Shown here one piece after another: positions 49,471 through 62,866 of a stretch of DNA of 64,000 nt. Numbering within the stretch: the first letter of the stretch is position 1; each line of letters starts with the position of its first letter. The notes beneath the pieces were generated by a model that was given only the letters and a program-made list of their open reading frames with translations, made no database searches and was not told the origin of the DNA. Origin of the DNA: Octopus bimaculoides. Its lineage: Eukaryota. The position numbers and the translations under genes were made by a program. The stretch spans positions 10,757,663-10,821,662 of the forward strand of contig NC_068988.1 in the NCBI RefSeq assembly GCF_001194135.2. The letters run 5' to 3'.

Positions 49471-50128
49471 ATATTCTGTAAAACTATCTACATATCGTAA
49501 ATGTTATATTTTTTCTGTCTATTTACCGTACATTTAGAATGTACTCTCTAATATTTTATATAAATTGCATCCATTATTCGAAACCTTTGAAACTTGGGAA
49601 GTATATGATTACTAATTAATAAATTGTCTCACAGGCACTGACGAATACGACATTAAACTCCTTCATATAGTTACAGCGAAAACATCAGGGAAATAATCCA
49701 ACATTTACTTTGAAATTATTTAAAATTATATAATCAAAATAGACAGTGTGCGCTTCAAATTATTCTTACAAGATTTTAGTAGTTGAGAAAGTGTCTTTAG
49801 AAACATGATGGTATTAAGTCACCTCTTATTTTTATCATAATTATGAATTCGAAAGGTGACATAATATCACATGCTAATGTATGATTTTATAAGTATAGAA
49901 GCAACTTTTGCATCATTATAAAATATGAAGACCATTAGGCATATGTAGATAAATAAGAATTTCATTTCACAGACAACAAAATATGTACACATCACACGTA
50001 TTGAAAGTCTGAAGATTGTCGACATGACGTTAGCGATAAAGTAGCATAATTATATTTTCAGACAAATATTGAATGCCACTTACTACTTATATACACACGT
50101 ACATATTTTTAGTATGTGCTAAGCGTAT

Positions 50129-50189
<61 letters not shown>

Positions 50190-50220
50190 CATAGACATGT
50201 TTTTATATTTATATATATAT

Positions 50221-50274
<54 letters not shown>

Positions 50275-50543
50275 GCATGCATATATATATGCATATACAT
50301 ACATACATATAAATGCAAATGTGTGTGTGTATCTATGTGTGGTAAATGGTAGCACAGCTGTGGATGCAACCTTACAATAAACAAATCGATAATTTTCAGG
50401 AGGGTGGAATAAATTTTAGTTCGATCGTTGGGAAACATACATGTCGTCATCGTGAATCTACGACGTGCTGCTCATAAATAATAAAGAATGGTGGATGAAA
50501 TTGTTCTCTTACTTTTCAGACATCACTCACTTTCTCTCCCACT

Positions 50544-50584
<41 letters not shown>

Positions 50585-50647
50585 GTCACTCTCTTTCTCA
50601 CTGCGATTCTTATTTCCTCTTTTTCAAGATATATTTATACGCACGCG

Positions 50648-50687
<40 letters not shown>

Positions 50688-50751
50688 ATTATATATTGGC
50701 CATGGGAACGTCATACGTGGTGTATAAATATAGGTATATTAAAATATATAG

Positions 50752-50941
50752 AGATAGATAGATACAGAGAGCGAGATGGATAGATAGATAGATAGGTAGA
50801 CAGACAGACAGACAGTTAGACAGACAGATAGATAGACAGACAAATAGACAGACAGTTAGACAGATAGATAGATAGACAGACAGTTAGACAAACAGATAGA
50901 TAGATATATAGACAGACAGACATAGCGTTAGACAGACAGAC

Positions 50942-50977
<36 letters not shown>

Positions 50978-51022
50978 TGGCAAACGGACAAAGACAGACA
51001 GACAGACAGACAGATAGATAGA
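50752..51022. repeat. Compound (GATA)n/(GACA)n tetranucleotide satellite
   Basis: Read directly. Confidence 0.95.
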
Positions 51023-51634
51023 GTCTACTCATTAACATTGATTTACTCTATTTACGTCTGTACAGTAAGAAATCCATGCATGCGTGTTAAAATTCGTAAA
51101 TCTATTATCGATTGCTTTTATCGATCACCCCTGTTATCAACCAGAAGACATTAATTATAGGCAATTTCATTTATAATTATTCTGTGTAGGTGATTTCCAT
51201 TATCTTCTGTATTAATGCTTTTGTTATTATGTAGATGAGACCTGGAATAATGCAACAAATTTATGACATTTTGCAGATACGCAAATTGGAAATACGACAT
51301 TTGCAAATTGCATGTCATTACAATTTAACGGAAATTGGAGTAAATACAGAAAACGCTGACTGTAAACTTCATCTGGAATATCGGTTTCCAATACTAAAAT
51401 AATGTTACATAATTCCATATATTACTGACCTTATTCTTATTCGTAATCTTTTAGATACTTTTATTGAAAATATTTAAATCTGTGCGTTTATATTTGGTGA
51501 TGTAAACGATTAATTTTTAGATACTTATAATTATGAGGATAATTTTAAAAAGAATATTTAAAACTGTTTCAGCCTATTGGTGGAACACGCAGAGCAGCAT
51601 TTTATTCCCGTTTAGATTCAATGCAAAGTTGACA

Positions 51635-51830
51635 ATCTGAGAGACACGTTAGACCGTCGGCAAAAATGATTAGCGCTATTTTTTCCGGCTCTCTACGGTC
51701 AAAGTTCTAATCCGGTCAGTATATTTGGTTTTCATCCCATTGTGTTGATTAAAAGAGTACCGTTCAACTACTGGAATCGATGCAAATAAGTTGTCGTCTA
51801 TCCACAAAATTGCTGCCTTTCAACCATGCA
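51635..51830 (+). mobile_element. Decayed family A SINE
   Basis: CGTTAGACCGTCGGCAAAAATGATTAGCG..TTTTCATCCCATTGTGTTGATTAAAAGAGTACC..CACAAAATTGCTGCC. Confidence 0.55.
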
Positions 51831-52319
51831 GCAGACGGACGTTTGGGTGAATGTTGTGTTCTTAGTCGCTTATTCGCCATAGAAAATGAGTAACCGGCTC
51901 AACAGAAATAAGAAAAAATAATACTCAGCTTCCTAAAATTCAAACCAGGCGATTTGATGGCATTAAAAATAGGCAATATTTAGAAGAGCAATGATATTCG
52001 TCATATTATTTTTGAAATTAGAAACAATATTTCAGGAAAACATAAAAATGTTGCTGCACAATAAATAGTAGAATTTTTTAAAGTTATATGCGTTTTTAGG
52101 CGTTGTGCTATTTCCGCCAATCGGGGAAATTATGCACCGATGCTTTTCCAAATTCTCGATTATTTTCCAGGATTCGAGCTCTGAACTGTTCGCGTATGTG
52201 CGTAATGGGATCCATGAAAATCGATTGCGTGGCTGCATTTAACTGTTCAGAGGAAATCGTCTTAAGTAAATATCTGAGTCACATGATTATAAAGCAAACA
52301 TTAAAATGTATGTGGTGTT

Positions 52320-52850
52320 CTGTCTCTATCTATCTCCGCTTTGTAGAGAGACAAGCAAAAGTTGAGCAATACAATGGAGAGCTCTTTGACTGTTTCAATA
52401 CGCAGGGAAATTTCGAAAATGTGTCACAACATGTGAAGAGAACTGGGTATACTGCTTTGATGTAGGAAGAAATTTATGGATCATGGGGATGAAGTTTTGT
52501 ATGCATTCTCCATTTGGAAGGACCTCGTTTATCTTCTGTGTATATGGTTCCACGCGATGAGTGGCTCACAGCAATATCCACATGTTTCATGTTTCGCAGT
52601 TTGACAAATGCCTAGATGGATGTCATCCCCACTCCTTTCTACACTCCAAATTATTCACCAGTCACCTTTTGCCAATCTAAAAACTCACCTTCAAAAAAAA
52701 AGTCATTTAAAGCCTTAGAAAATATCAAAGTGAATTTTTTACGACTTTAGCAACAACTCCTGAAAGCGTTTTACATGATGTGATCAAAAAGGGGAGTAAT
52801 TCGTTCGGAGAAGCGTATCAAAAGTGGAAGAAAAATCTTTTGAAGACAAG
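52320..52850 (+). mobile_element. Decayed mariner transposase, catalytic half with internal deletion
   Basis: ELFDCFNTQGNF, VTTCEENWVYCFD (VTGDETWV), IPTPFYTPNYSP (PHPPYSPDLAP) and RSEKRIKSG (RWEKCI.S.G). Confidence 0.65.
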
Positions 52851-53641
52851 TGTGATTAAATTCGAAGTAAAATAATATATTTGGTTTTAAAATGTTAGTT
52901 TCTTTTTTTAACGGATCGACTTCCTCGTGTTTTGATAACTTCGACTGCCGTAACTTATCATTAGATTTGATTTCTTTCGAACTTAGGAATTTTATTTCTT
53001 CTCACAAACTAGTAATACTTCTAAATATTGTACCACACACACACACACAGAAACAAACACATACACACTTGTGTGAGTGTCTATGTCTTGAAGAGTATTT
53101 TCTATGACGTATATAGAGGCCGTTGCACTTTCTTCTTCAATTACTTCTCTTCAAAACAAAACACTACAGTTATCTACTTACATTGTCACTTATTTTTTAT
53201 ACTTCCTTACATACTATTCATCTCTGATAATATATTTCTGCCATGAATATTTTAATATCTAACTATTGTCATCTTTAACCTTTAATAATTCAATATGTCG
53301 TTTTGCATTACTATGCTTTCGTCTCAAGCAACAAGTATGAGTTGATTTATGCATAAAAGCCTACGGAGTTTTCATATCTTCCCTCTTCCGTTGATGGAAT
53401 AAGAAATCGTAAATTATCGCAGTGTTTATGATTTAGTTTATTTTATATTTATTTATGATACGTTGTACCTCATTTGTTACTACGATTGTTTTATTTTAAG
53501 TCTCATATTCACAACATGACTTCTCATTTACCAGGTCACTCAAATGCACCTTTATATTTTTTTCCTGAAATAACTTTGCCTGTAATAACGAAGAGAATAT
53601 AAGTATGTGTAAGTTTGCGTGTGTGTATGTGTATATACTGA

Positions 53642-53681
<40 letters not shown>

Positions 53682-53970
53682 TGTGTGTGTGTGTGTGTTT
53701 GAGTATAAATGCATATGAACATAGGCGTATGTATATATGTGTATTGCAATCTCTCGCAATATCGCGGTTCATCTATCACGGTTTGTAATTTAAGCTTACG
53801 TCGATTCATATGTGGTGATATTTTTTTCATCTATAATAAAATAAATGTATACAAACTATGAAAGTAATTACAAGTATATACAGTACATTACTGTCTCTGC
53901 TTCTAGGATTTTCACCTATCTTGAGTGGTTTGGAGCGTAAAACCCGAAAAAGTCTATAGACATATGTACA

Positions 53971-54009
<39 letters not shown>

Positions 54010-55340
54010 ATATATGTGTATGTATATATGTGTGCATATATNNNNNNNNNNNNNNNNNNNNNNNNNNNNNNNNNNNNNNNNNNNNNNNNNNNNNNNNNNN
54101 NNNNNNNNNNNNNNNNNNNNNNNNNNNNNNNNNNNNNNNNNNNNNNNNNNNNNNNNNNNNNNNNNNNNNNNNNNNNNNNNNNNNNNNNNNNNNNNNNNNN
54201 NNNNNNNNNNNNNNNNNNNNNNNNNNNNNNNNNNNNNNNNNNNNNNNNNNNNNNNNNNNNNNNNNNNNNNNNNNNNNNNNNNNNNNNNNNNNNNNNNNNN
54301 NNNNNNNNNNNNNNNNNNNNNNNNNNNNNNNNNNNNNNNNNNNNNNNNNNNNNNNNNNNNNNNNNNNNNNNNNNNNNNNNNNNNNNNNNNNNNNNNNNNN
54401 NNNNNNNNNNNNNNNNNNNNNNNNNNNNNNNNNNNNNNNNNNNNNNNNNNNNNNNNNNNNNNNNNNNNNNNNNNNNNNNNNNNNNNNNNNNNNNNNNNNN
54501 NNNNNNNNNNNNNNNNNNNNNNNNNNNNNNNNNNNNNNNNNNNNNNNNNNNNNNNNNNNNNNNNNNNNNNNNNNNNNNNNNNNNNNNNNNNNNNNNNNNN
54601 NNNNNNNNNNNNNNNNNNNNNNNNNNNNNNNNNNNNNNNNNNNNNNNNNNNNNNNNNNNNNNNNNNNNNNNNNNNNNNNNNNNNNNNNNNNNNNNNNNNN
54701 NNNNNNNNNNNNNNNNNNNNNNNNNNNNNNNNNNNNNNNNNNNNNNNNNNNNNNNNNNNNNNNNNNNNNNNNNNNNNNNNNNNNNNNNNNNNNNNNNNNN
54801 NNNNNNNNNNNNNNNNNNNNNNNNNNNNNNNNNNNNNNNNNNNNNNNNNNNNNNNNNNNNNNNNNNNNNNNNNNNNNNNNNNNNNNNNNNNNNNNNNNNN
54901 NNNNNNNNNNNNNNNNNNNNNNNNNNNNNNNNNNNNNNNNNNNNNNNNNNNNNNNTATTTTTATGTGTCTCGACCATACGTGTACTGATGAACAAAAGAT
55001 GCATGTTACTTCACAATGTTTCTGTATTGATTGAGAAACCAGTGGTTTACCGTTAAGTTAAACGTTTTTAAGAGATTAATTTTGAAAGCTGCATTTCCTC
55101 ACTTTCGGTAAATATGTTGCTTATTTTTTTGGTAGTTTCTGACTTATTTAGTCCCTCTAAGCGTGAGGCATTACTACATAGTTAATGCCCTTTATATAAA
55201 TTATATATATTTATGGAAAAAAATGATGAATTTTTTTTATTATGAGGTTTTTTTTCACGCTGACTACTTGATAAATTCTTATAAAGATTTTATCCTATAA
55301 TATATATGTATATATATATATAAGTCAGTATTTATATTTT

Positions 55341-55453
55341 GCGTCCAAATTCGCCGTGTTCGACTTTGCCTTTCATGCTTTAGGGGTCGTTAGATTAAGT
55401 ACCAGTCGGGAACTGGGGGCGATCTAATCGACTTGCCCCCTCCCCCAGAATTT
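55341..55453 (+). mobile_element. Family A SINE central fragment
   Basis: CCAAATTCGCCGTGTTCGACTTTGCCTTTCATGCTTTAGGGGTCGTTAGATTAAGTACCAG..CCCCTCCCCCAG. Confidence 0.8.
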
Positions 55454-55724
55454 GGAGTCGTCTTCCGAGAAGAGAAAAGAATATACTATGCTGGCATTTC
55501 TTCCTGCTCTTTACATTCTGTGTTGGAACCCGTCGAGTTCAAGTTCGCCTTTCGGCCAGAATGATATGGGTACTGGTCAAGTACTGGTGTCGATTATTAG
55601 ATTGTTCCATTCCATTCAAAATTGCCAACATTCTTGTGCCAAAATTAGAAATAATAATTAGTGTGTGATTGAAAGCGAAAATATGGAAAACCACAGATAT
55701 AATACTACACCGCCTCATTAAACA

Positions 55725-55950
55725 CTGAGTATTAACATTGGTATTAGTAGTAACGGTAATAGCAGCAGCAGCAGCAATAGTCGTAGTAGTAGCAGCAGCA
55801 GTTTCAATAGCATCATTAACAACAGCAACAGTAGATCTATAAGTGCGAGCACCACCTCCACCACAAGCACTACTACTACTACTATTACTACTACACCTAC
55901 TACTGCTAATAATAATAATAATAATACCTCTACTACTACTGCTACTGATA
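55725..55950. repeat. Compound trinucleotide low-complexity tract (AGC/AGT/AAC/ACT/AAT)
   Basis: Read directly. Confidence 0.85.
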
Positions 55951-56574
55951 TTAGCTAGGGTTAATAAAATACATGGTTGATCTTGTGCCACTTTTGCTCG
56001 ACTTCCTTGTGTCCGGTTTTCCATGCACGTCACAAAGAGATTGTGCTTTTAATCTCTCTGGCTAAAGTAAAATTATGCTCATTTTCTTCCCTGGTTCCTC
56101 CAACTTTTTATAAATGCGCAATTTTGCAATAAGTACAACATACACATACTTTAATATATCCCCATAAATCAAGGCCCATTGATACGTTTGATAATTGCGT
56201 AGAAACTGCCCGTCAGCAGTTACAAGTTCATATACAGTAAACACTCCACATACATACATGCGTATGGTACGTGATGTATTCGTTTAAATTGCCATCATGA
56301 AATATTATTCTCCCGAGAGAATTGTCATTCATTATTGAAAGCTATCTGGTCGTCTGTGATTACGATAATCTCTTCGTATTTATTGCCTTGACTGAATCGA
56401 AAGGATTATTTACTTGGGAACACTACAGCATGATTGATAGTAACCACTCAACATTATTTCTAAATGCATCCAAGATATATAAGTGATGATAAGAGCAGGG
56501 GAACATAACGAATTGTCAATTTTGCTGCACTGAATTAATACAATGAAAGCGAATCTATTTTTTTTCTTTTTCAG

Positions 56575-56617
56575 ATTTTTACAGCATTACAATATGAATT
56601 TGTATTGTTGACTGAAG
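56575..56617 (+). other. Weak candidate micro-exon (IFTALQYEFVLLTE)
   Basis: Long poly-T plus CAG acceptor and an AG|GTGGGT donor, with one open frame. No homology recognised. Confidence 0.2.
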
Positions 56618-57727
56618 GTGGGTCTGAAAGTTTTAATGCCCATGGATTGCATCTAAAACACGTTGCAATTAGAAAAAGTAATCACGAGTGTAGTATTTGT
56701 CCCTTTGAACAATTTAGACCAGTTATATAGCATGAGTAATATAAAGTATTAACAGGGTAAGAATTGTGAGTTTAAAAGTGAAATGCCTTTGTTCAGAAGA
56801 GGAACAAAAACTTGCAAATGGAAAATTATGACATGAGAGAAAAAAACATTTATAATGAAGCTTTTTTCTGTAGCCGTATATTTACAGTGAATTCCTAAGT
56901 AAATGTAGCATTTTCAGAAAATGAATGTAAAGCTCTTAATAGCAGAAACGATACACTAAAAGCTTTGCTTAAAAAAATAATTGGTATAAATAGTAGAAAG
57001 GTATTATATTTGATTGATGGAACTACGAGGTATTTCAATGAAGAATTTCATTCCCTGAAGTAATGAATTTACAATAGTTTGACTGAAAGGCTTATGTGTA
57101 ACAGCTGTGCTCAGTGTTGTTTCAATAAAACTAGCGGTCCACCAGTTTGTTCATCAAAGTACGCTTCTAAACGTCGGTTAGAGTATAGTTCGATAAAAGC
57201 AATAACATGTTGAATCTGTAAGTCACTCATCCTTTTAAACTTAGTGAATGCGTTAGATCACTTATTCTATCATCCACATTCTTTGTTAAAATACAGCACT
57301 TTCCGCCGGTATTTTTTCCGTTAGTAATCGCTTAAATAAAGTTCTTCGTAGAATGTTGGTCTCTTCTTTTGCTCAACTGATTTAATTTTCTTAAATGTAA
57401 CAAAGATTAGGAAAACAAATATTTGCAAATGAATACTATTTCAGGTTAAATGTTTGCTAAAATTAATTGTAAATCTGCTGATAACTAAAAAAAAAAAATA
57501 AACCAAAAAAAAATACAAGTAGAGGATTAACTGGAACTATCGTCATCATAATCTCTACAGCATTGGAAATTACCTTAAGAAGATTATACCCATGAGCTGG
57601 GACTCGACTGGTGTCAGAAATCATTGTACACGGTGATAATGAAACTTGTTTCTAAATATAGTTTCTAGTCACAGAAATAATAACATATATTCCAGATTCT
57701 ATTTCATGGTAAGAATATTATTTTCTT

Positions 57728-57955
57728 TTATAGGCACAAGGCCTGAAATTTTGTGGGGGGGGTAGTCGATTACATCGACCGCAGTACTTGGCTGGTACTT
57801 ATACTATCGACCGCAGTACTTGGCTGGTACTTATACTATCGACCCCGAGAGAATGAAAAGCAAATTTGACCCCAGCTGAATTTAAACTGAGAATGTGAAG
57901 AAGGACGAAATAGCGCTAAGCATTTTGCCCGATCTGCTAACGATTCAACCAGTGT
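57728..57955 (-). mobile_element. Full-length family A SINE carrying a perfect internal 32-bp tandem duplication (57774-57837)
   Basis: The family A head, core and tail are all present. ATCGACCGCAGTACTTGGCTGGTACTTATACT occurs twice. Confidence 0.9.
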
Positions 57956-57967
57956 ATCACCTCAGTA

Positions 57968-58025
<58 letters not shown>

Positions 58026-58040
58026 CAACAACAGCAACAA
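57968..58040. repeat. (AAT)n then (AAC)n microsatellite
   Basis: Read directly. Confidence 0.95.
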
Positions 58041-58047
58041 GACAAAT

Positions 58048-58562
58048 AACAAGAACACCCAGAGAGCGCAAACCTTCGCCAGGCCAACACCAATGTCCTC
58101 TCAACGATTGGCCGGAGTTAATTTTTAAAATGAGAATATTTGAAATAAACTCGACCGCTCTCATAAACGTAGTGAAAACATTAATAATAAGGATAAGTTC
58201 TACTCAGGAATTTTTAATTGAATAGCATGAGACCTTTTTGCTTTCTCTTCTCATAAATTCAGGCCTTTCTTTAGTATTCTTGTTGCATTAGATCGATGTA
58301 TAGAATTTTGAATATATGTAAGTATACTTTAAATTGTTAATATGTATGTATAATATATAATATAAGGGAGATAAACTTGAAAGACCAAAGTAAATATAAC
58401 AAATGATCCAGAATCGTTGTCCGGTACCGGAACGATCCCCAAAGTTAATCAACTCGTGCCAGTCACGAGACCAAAAATCCTTCAATATTTCATCCGAAAA
58501 AGAAACAAACGATCCCTGCCCAAAACAGTAGCACCTCCTTCGCTAAGGCGAAGATGATAATA
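58048..58562. mobile_element. Candidate non-autonomous Helentron-type (HINE/DINE-1-like) element
   Basis: Subterminal inverted repeat ACCTTCGCC (58072-58080) versus GGCGAAGAT (58547-58555, 8/9). The right copy sits in hairpin CTTCGC-TAAG-GCGAAG. An internal palindrome TCCGGTACCGGA is present. Confidence 0.5.
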
Positions 58563-58859
58563 AGGAACAGTGAAAAAAACAGATTTAGCGTACTATACTG
58601 GCAGTCCAAGACCAATCTTTGGCCACAAATTGGACGATCGACCTTAGGAATGAACAAGTTCTCCATTATGCCGAATTTGTAATAGTGTTAACAAGATCAT
58701 TGCCTATATATGTTGTACTGACACGATGAGGTTGCGAATGTACCGCATTGGAGAATTGTGTGAAAAGTGGGGACTAGAGCGAGGCAGGGTTCCAGGAGTT
58801 CCAACAAAATCTGTGTGAAAATATTAACTACAGCAATAATGATTTTAAATTGCTAGCGC

Positions 58860-59035
58860 AATTTCGGAAGACTGGTTTCCGTGATTCAAGCCTTCAACTG
58901 GTACTTATTCTACCACCCCTGAAGTACGGCATGTAAAGTTGACCTCAGATGTATTTGAACTCAGAACATATAGGCATAAGAAATGCCGCTACGCGTTTTG
59001 CCAAGCGTACTTGCAATTCTGCCAGCTGGCTGCCT
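58860..59035 (-). mobile_element. Family A SINE, near full-length and decayed
   Basis: CTGGTACTTATTC..GTTGACCTCAG..ATTTGAACTCAGAAC..AATTCTGCCAGCTGGCTGCC. Confidence 0.8.
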
Positions 59036-60149
59036 TAACAATAACGGTGACTATTATTTTCTTAACTATTGCACTGCTTTATCTAATATTATACTCATAC
59101 CTCATACGTTTTCCACGTGATATTTTAAGGAATTATGCCTGTTCAAATCCGTATTTAGTGCACGAGTCTACAATATGTAGGAGATTTGATTTCTTAATTG
59201 AATATGAATTAACGCTTAGGATACTAAACAGCGATGATGTATGTATTTAAAATATACATAGTAATACTAAACGTGAGCAAACAATCTTTCAGTAGTACTG
59301 TGTTGATCAAAATGTTGCTGTTTAGTTTTTGTATCTTCTGCAAGCTTATGAGCAGAACCCTTATTCTGTGATCAAATAATTACCTGCCTTCAGTGGCGAA
59401 GAACACTCTCAGTTGTATATTCACATTTTCTTCACAGCTGAAGAAATAAAATTAAATGAGAAATCAGAACATAAGGCATGTCGATGATGTTCGTTTTAGT
59501 TCTCCATTTTCCGGATGATCTTTAGTTCACAAAATAAAACGTGTCTCATCAATAGTTCAGGTTTCACTACGTTAATGCATCAGTGTCTAAGTGGTACACA
59601 TGCGGAAAGGAACAAAAACGAACAGTATCAGTTATCCAACCCAAACGCAGGCACAATGGAATAAAGAGACAAAACCTTTTGGGCCTACCGAGTATAAGTG
59701 ATATATATTGGTTTGCTCAAGCTGACAAACTATTTCATATTGCAACGAGGATTCAACAATAAAACGAATCAAGCCGTGTATATTCTTAAAAGTTCTTTAG
59801 TAATGACTTTCAATGACTTTCAGGAAGGTTAGATATGGAAGTTGAACCAGAATAGAAAGAATCAAATATGTAGCTGCCCTGCAGCATATTATTCGTCTAT
59901 TACTATTTAAAATATTGGTTTCTATACTCATGTTGATTTCAAGGCCATCACGTTCCTTGGAAAATGTGAGATGGGAAAATAAATCTAAATGGATAACCAT
60001 ATATTACTGTCATCGTTAACATTCTATTCTATGTCACGGGTTAAATGTGAAATTAGATGATTCTATCTTTCCAATATTCTGAGTTGATTTCTAATCAGAA
60101 CCAAAGACGATACCCTGACGCTCTGCTTTGTACGTCTCATTCCTTTAGA

Positions 60150-60440
60150 AGAAGTATTATTAGATAATGAGAGAGTCGGCGGCATTAGCACGTGTTCGAG
60201 GAGTTCATCTGTAGCGTGTGTATTGGGATACTTTATCCTGATGGGTCCGAAATATGCCTGTGCCGCAGGTGGTTGCTCAGGCCAAAGGCAGTACATAAGT
60301 ACCGGAATCATTTATCGCAGGGACGAGAATGTGCGAATTGCTCTTCGTGTCCTCGATGACCGATATCTGCCACTTGAGGTCTGTTATTTTCCATCTGGTT
60401 TGTTCCCTGGACGAAGAAACCCAGCCATTTGAGGTGGTCC
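60150..60440 (-). mobile_element. Possible decayed RLE-type (R4-like) LINE RT C-terminal fragment
   Basis: HLKWLGF (YKYLG position), TKSNSHILVPAIN and, after a frameshift, IPVLMYCL and KYPNT. The region is locally GC-richer. Confidence 0.35.
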
Positions 60441-61101
60441 TTGGCGATCGTTTCACAACTATCTTTTACTTTCCTTGGAGCCTTTAACATGGCGTTATTA
60501 AGTGCTTTCCAAAATAAACACATCCTTCATTCTAATGGATTCCTAGAAGCTATGAGACGTATCACAAGAACACAAGCAAAAATGGAATGCATACAACACC
60601 CAAAACTGAACAATTGTAAGACAATGAAGTCTATCAAGAAATTCGTAGTCTCCATAATAGTGCCAAAATTAAATTAGGTTCGTTCAATACCACCACCTCT
60701 TTTATCAAAGATTACATTTATCACGAGTTATGGTGGGGCCATTTCTGACACCATTTATAAAGATATTAAACCACTCTTAAGAAGCTATTGATAATACTAG
60801 AGATGGTAGGTGGAAGAAGGTCTATAAAAAATTATGTATCTTGTATTTATTCGAATTATTAATTTTATTATGTGGTGTTGATTGTATTTTTATGGGTCGA
60901 ATAATAGTTAAGTCTACAAGAAAAGATGGTATCCGAAAATCTATTAAATATTAGAGAGTTATACACACGGAGAATAGTTAGGGATTCTCTAATACAAAGA
61001 TGCATTTCTGCGTGTATTTCTCTATTTGTTTATAGTTCAGTCACTCAAAGCGCTTCAATGTGATCTAAGCATAAATAAAATTCTCAACAGTATATAGCGC
61101 G

Positions 61102-61133
<32 letters not shown>

Positions 61134-61435
61134 CACATACACACACACACATATATATATACATGAATGTACGTATCTGCACATATACATATATAAGCAT
61201 ATATATATATATANNNNNNNNNNNNNNNNNNNNNNNNNNNNNNNNNNNNNNNNNNNNNNNNNNNNNNNNNNNNNNNNNNNNNNNNNNNNNNNNNNNNNNN
61301 NNNNNNNNNNNNNNNNNNNNNNNNNNNNNNNNNNNNNNNNNNNNNNNNNNNNNNNNNNNNNNNNNNNNNNNNNNNNNNNNNNNNNNNNNNNNNNNNNNNN
61401 NNNNNNNNNNNNNNNNNNNNNNNNNNNNNNNNNNN

Positions 61436-61472
<37 letters not shown>

Positions 61473-62354
61473 TAGATAGATAGATATGTATATATATATA
61501 TATAAATGGGGGGTTGTGTGTGTATTAGTGTATGTATGTATATATATATATATATATATATATAAACATATATGTGCATAGATATTCGTACATGTATTCG
61601 TATGAACATATATAGAATTATATATATGTGTCTGTGTCTGTGTGCGCGCGAGAGCGAAAATATTTATATGTGTATACGTATATACGCTCCCATATATGTA
61701 TACACCTACATAACAAACACACATATGCCCCTGCATAAATCAAATCTATATATTTAAGAAGCGCGAGAATGAGGGAGAGGGGGAGTGAGACATAATGAAA
61801 TATATACATTAAACGCAATGATAATTTCAACTTATTCACTTCAATAAATTCCAGATACATATGACAGGCTTCAAATTGCTCTAAAAATTGACGTACAAAA
61901 AAATATCGCATGAATTAATTTCGTTTTAAAATGTACACAAAAATTCATTCTAAGGACTAATGTGCGTACATAGAAGCGTCAGAAAGAAACCTTATACGTG
62001 TCTTGAATCTCCAGTACTTAAGAGCTATCTGTTTAAATGCTATATGTTTTCTTCATGAACACTGGTTCAATTGGTAATGAATAAAATTGTGAATTATTAA
62101 CGTAATTAAGATTATTTGCTTAAGTGGCGTAATTGTTCATCGATGCATATTCATTAAATCCAATGTATACTAACCTTTCAAGAATGAAACTTCACATAAG
62201 ATACATCCTCTTTGCGCACATGCAAACACATGCTTACATATGTTTACATATGTATGTAAGTATATATATATATATATATATTTATTTATTCAGAGCAGTA
62301 GTTGTCATCCAATGGTTTCGAGAGGCTATGAATCTCCCCCATCTGTGTCTGCGG

Positions 62355-62480
62355 TCGACGTTACCGTTCATCCTTTCGGAGGCGATTAAATAAGTACCAG
62401 TCTCGCACTGGGGTCGATGTAAGCGACTTAATCCTTTTGTTTGTCCCCACTGTGCTTAGCTGCTTGTGGGCAATAAAGAT
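62355..62480 (+). mobile_element. Family A SINE with alternative 3' tail
   Basis: Core GGTCGACGTTACCGTTCATCCTTTCGGAGGCGATTAAATAAGTACCAG, then TAATCCTTTTGTTTGTCCCCACTGTGCTTAGCTGCTTGTGGGCAATAAAG. Confidence 0.8.
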
Positions 62481-62800
62481 ATATATATAATGCTTAGCGT
62501 GTAAGTTAGTAGAGACTCGTAAACATAACCTATTGTATACCGGAATTATTATTACATGAAGAAGGCTGCGAAACATTCCTACTCGTAAGGATAACAAGTA
62601 GTTCAATAAATGTATTTCCCGACAATCTGGGAGGTTTTATTCTCCTTATGAAATAATCGCATGCATCGGCTCGGCTGGATTTTAATTGCATGCAGCTCAT
62701 CATATTCTCCTGTATTGAATTATTATTTCGTCTATTAGATTAGTTCGGTTGTAGAGCTTTCCGGGATAGACACACGATTTTGTGAATACATATGTTGCAT

Positions 62801-62836
<36 letters not shown>

Positions 62837-62866
62837 TATATATATAGTCTGTTAAAGTCTGTCATA

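Noticed and set aside
60190-60350. Plus-strand EEFICSVCIGIL..ECANCSSC as a RING or zinc finger
   Set aside because: Cys/His spacing does not fit RING, there are no splice signals, and the minus strand fits a LINE relic slightly better.
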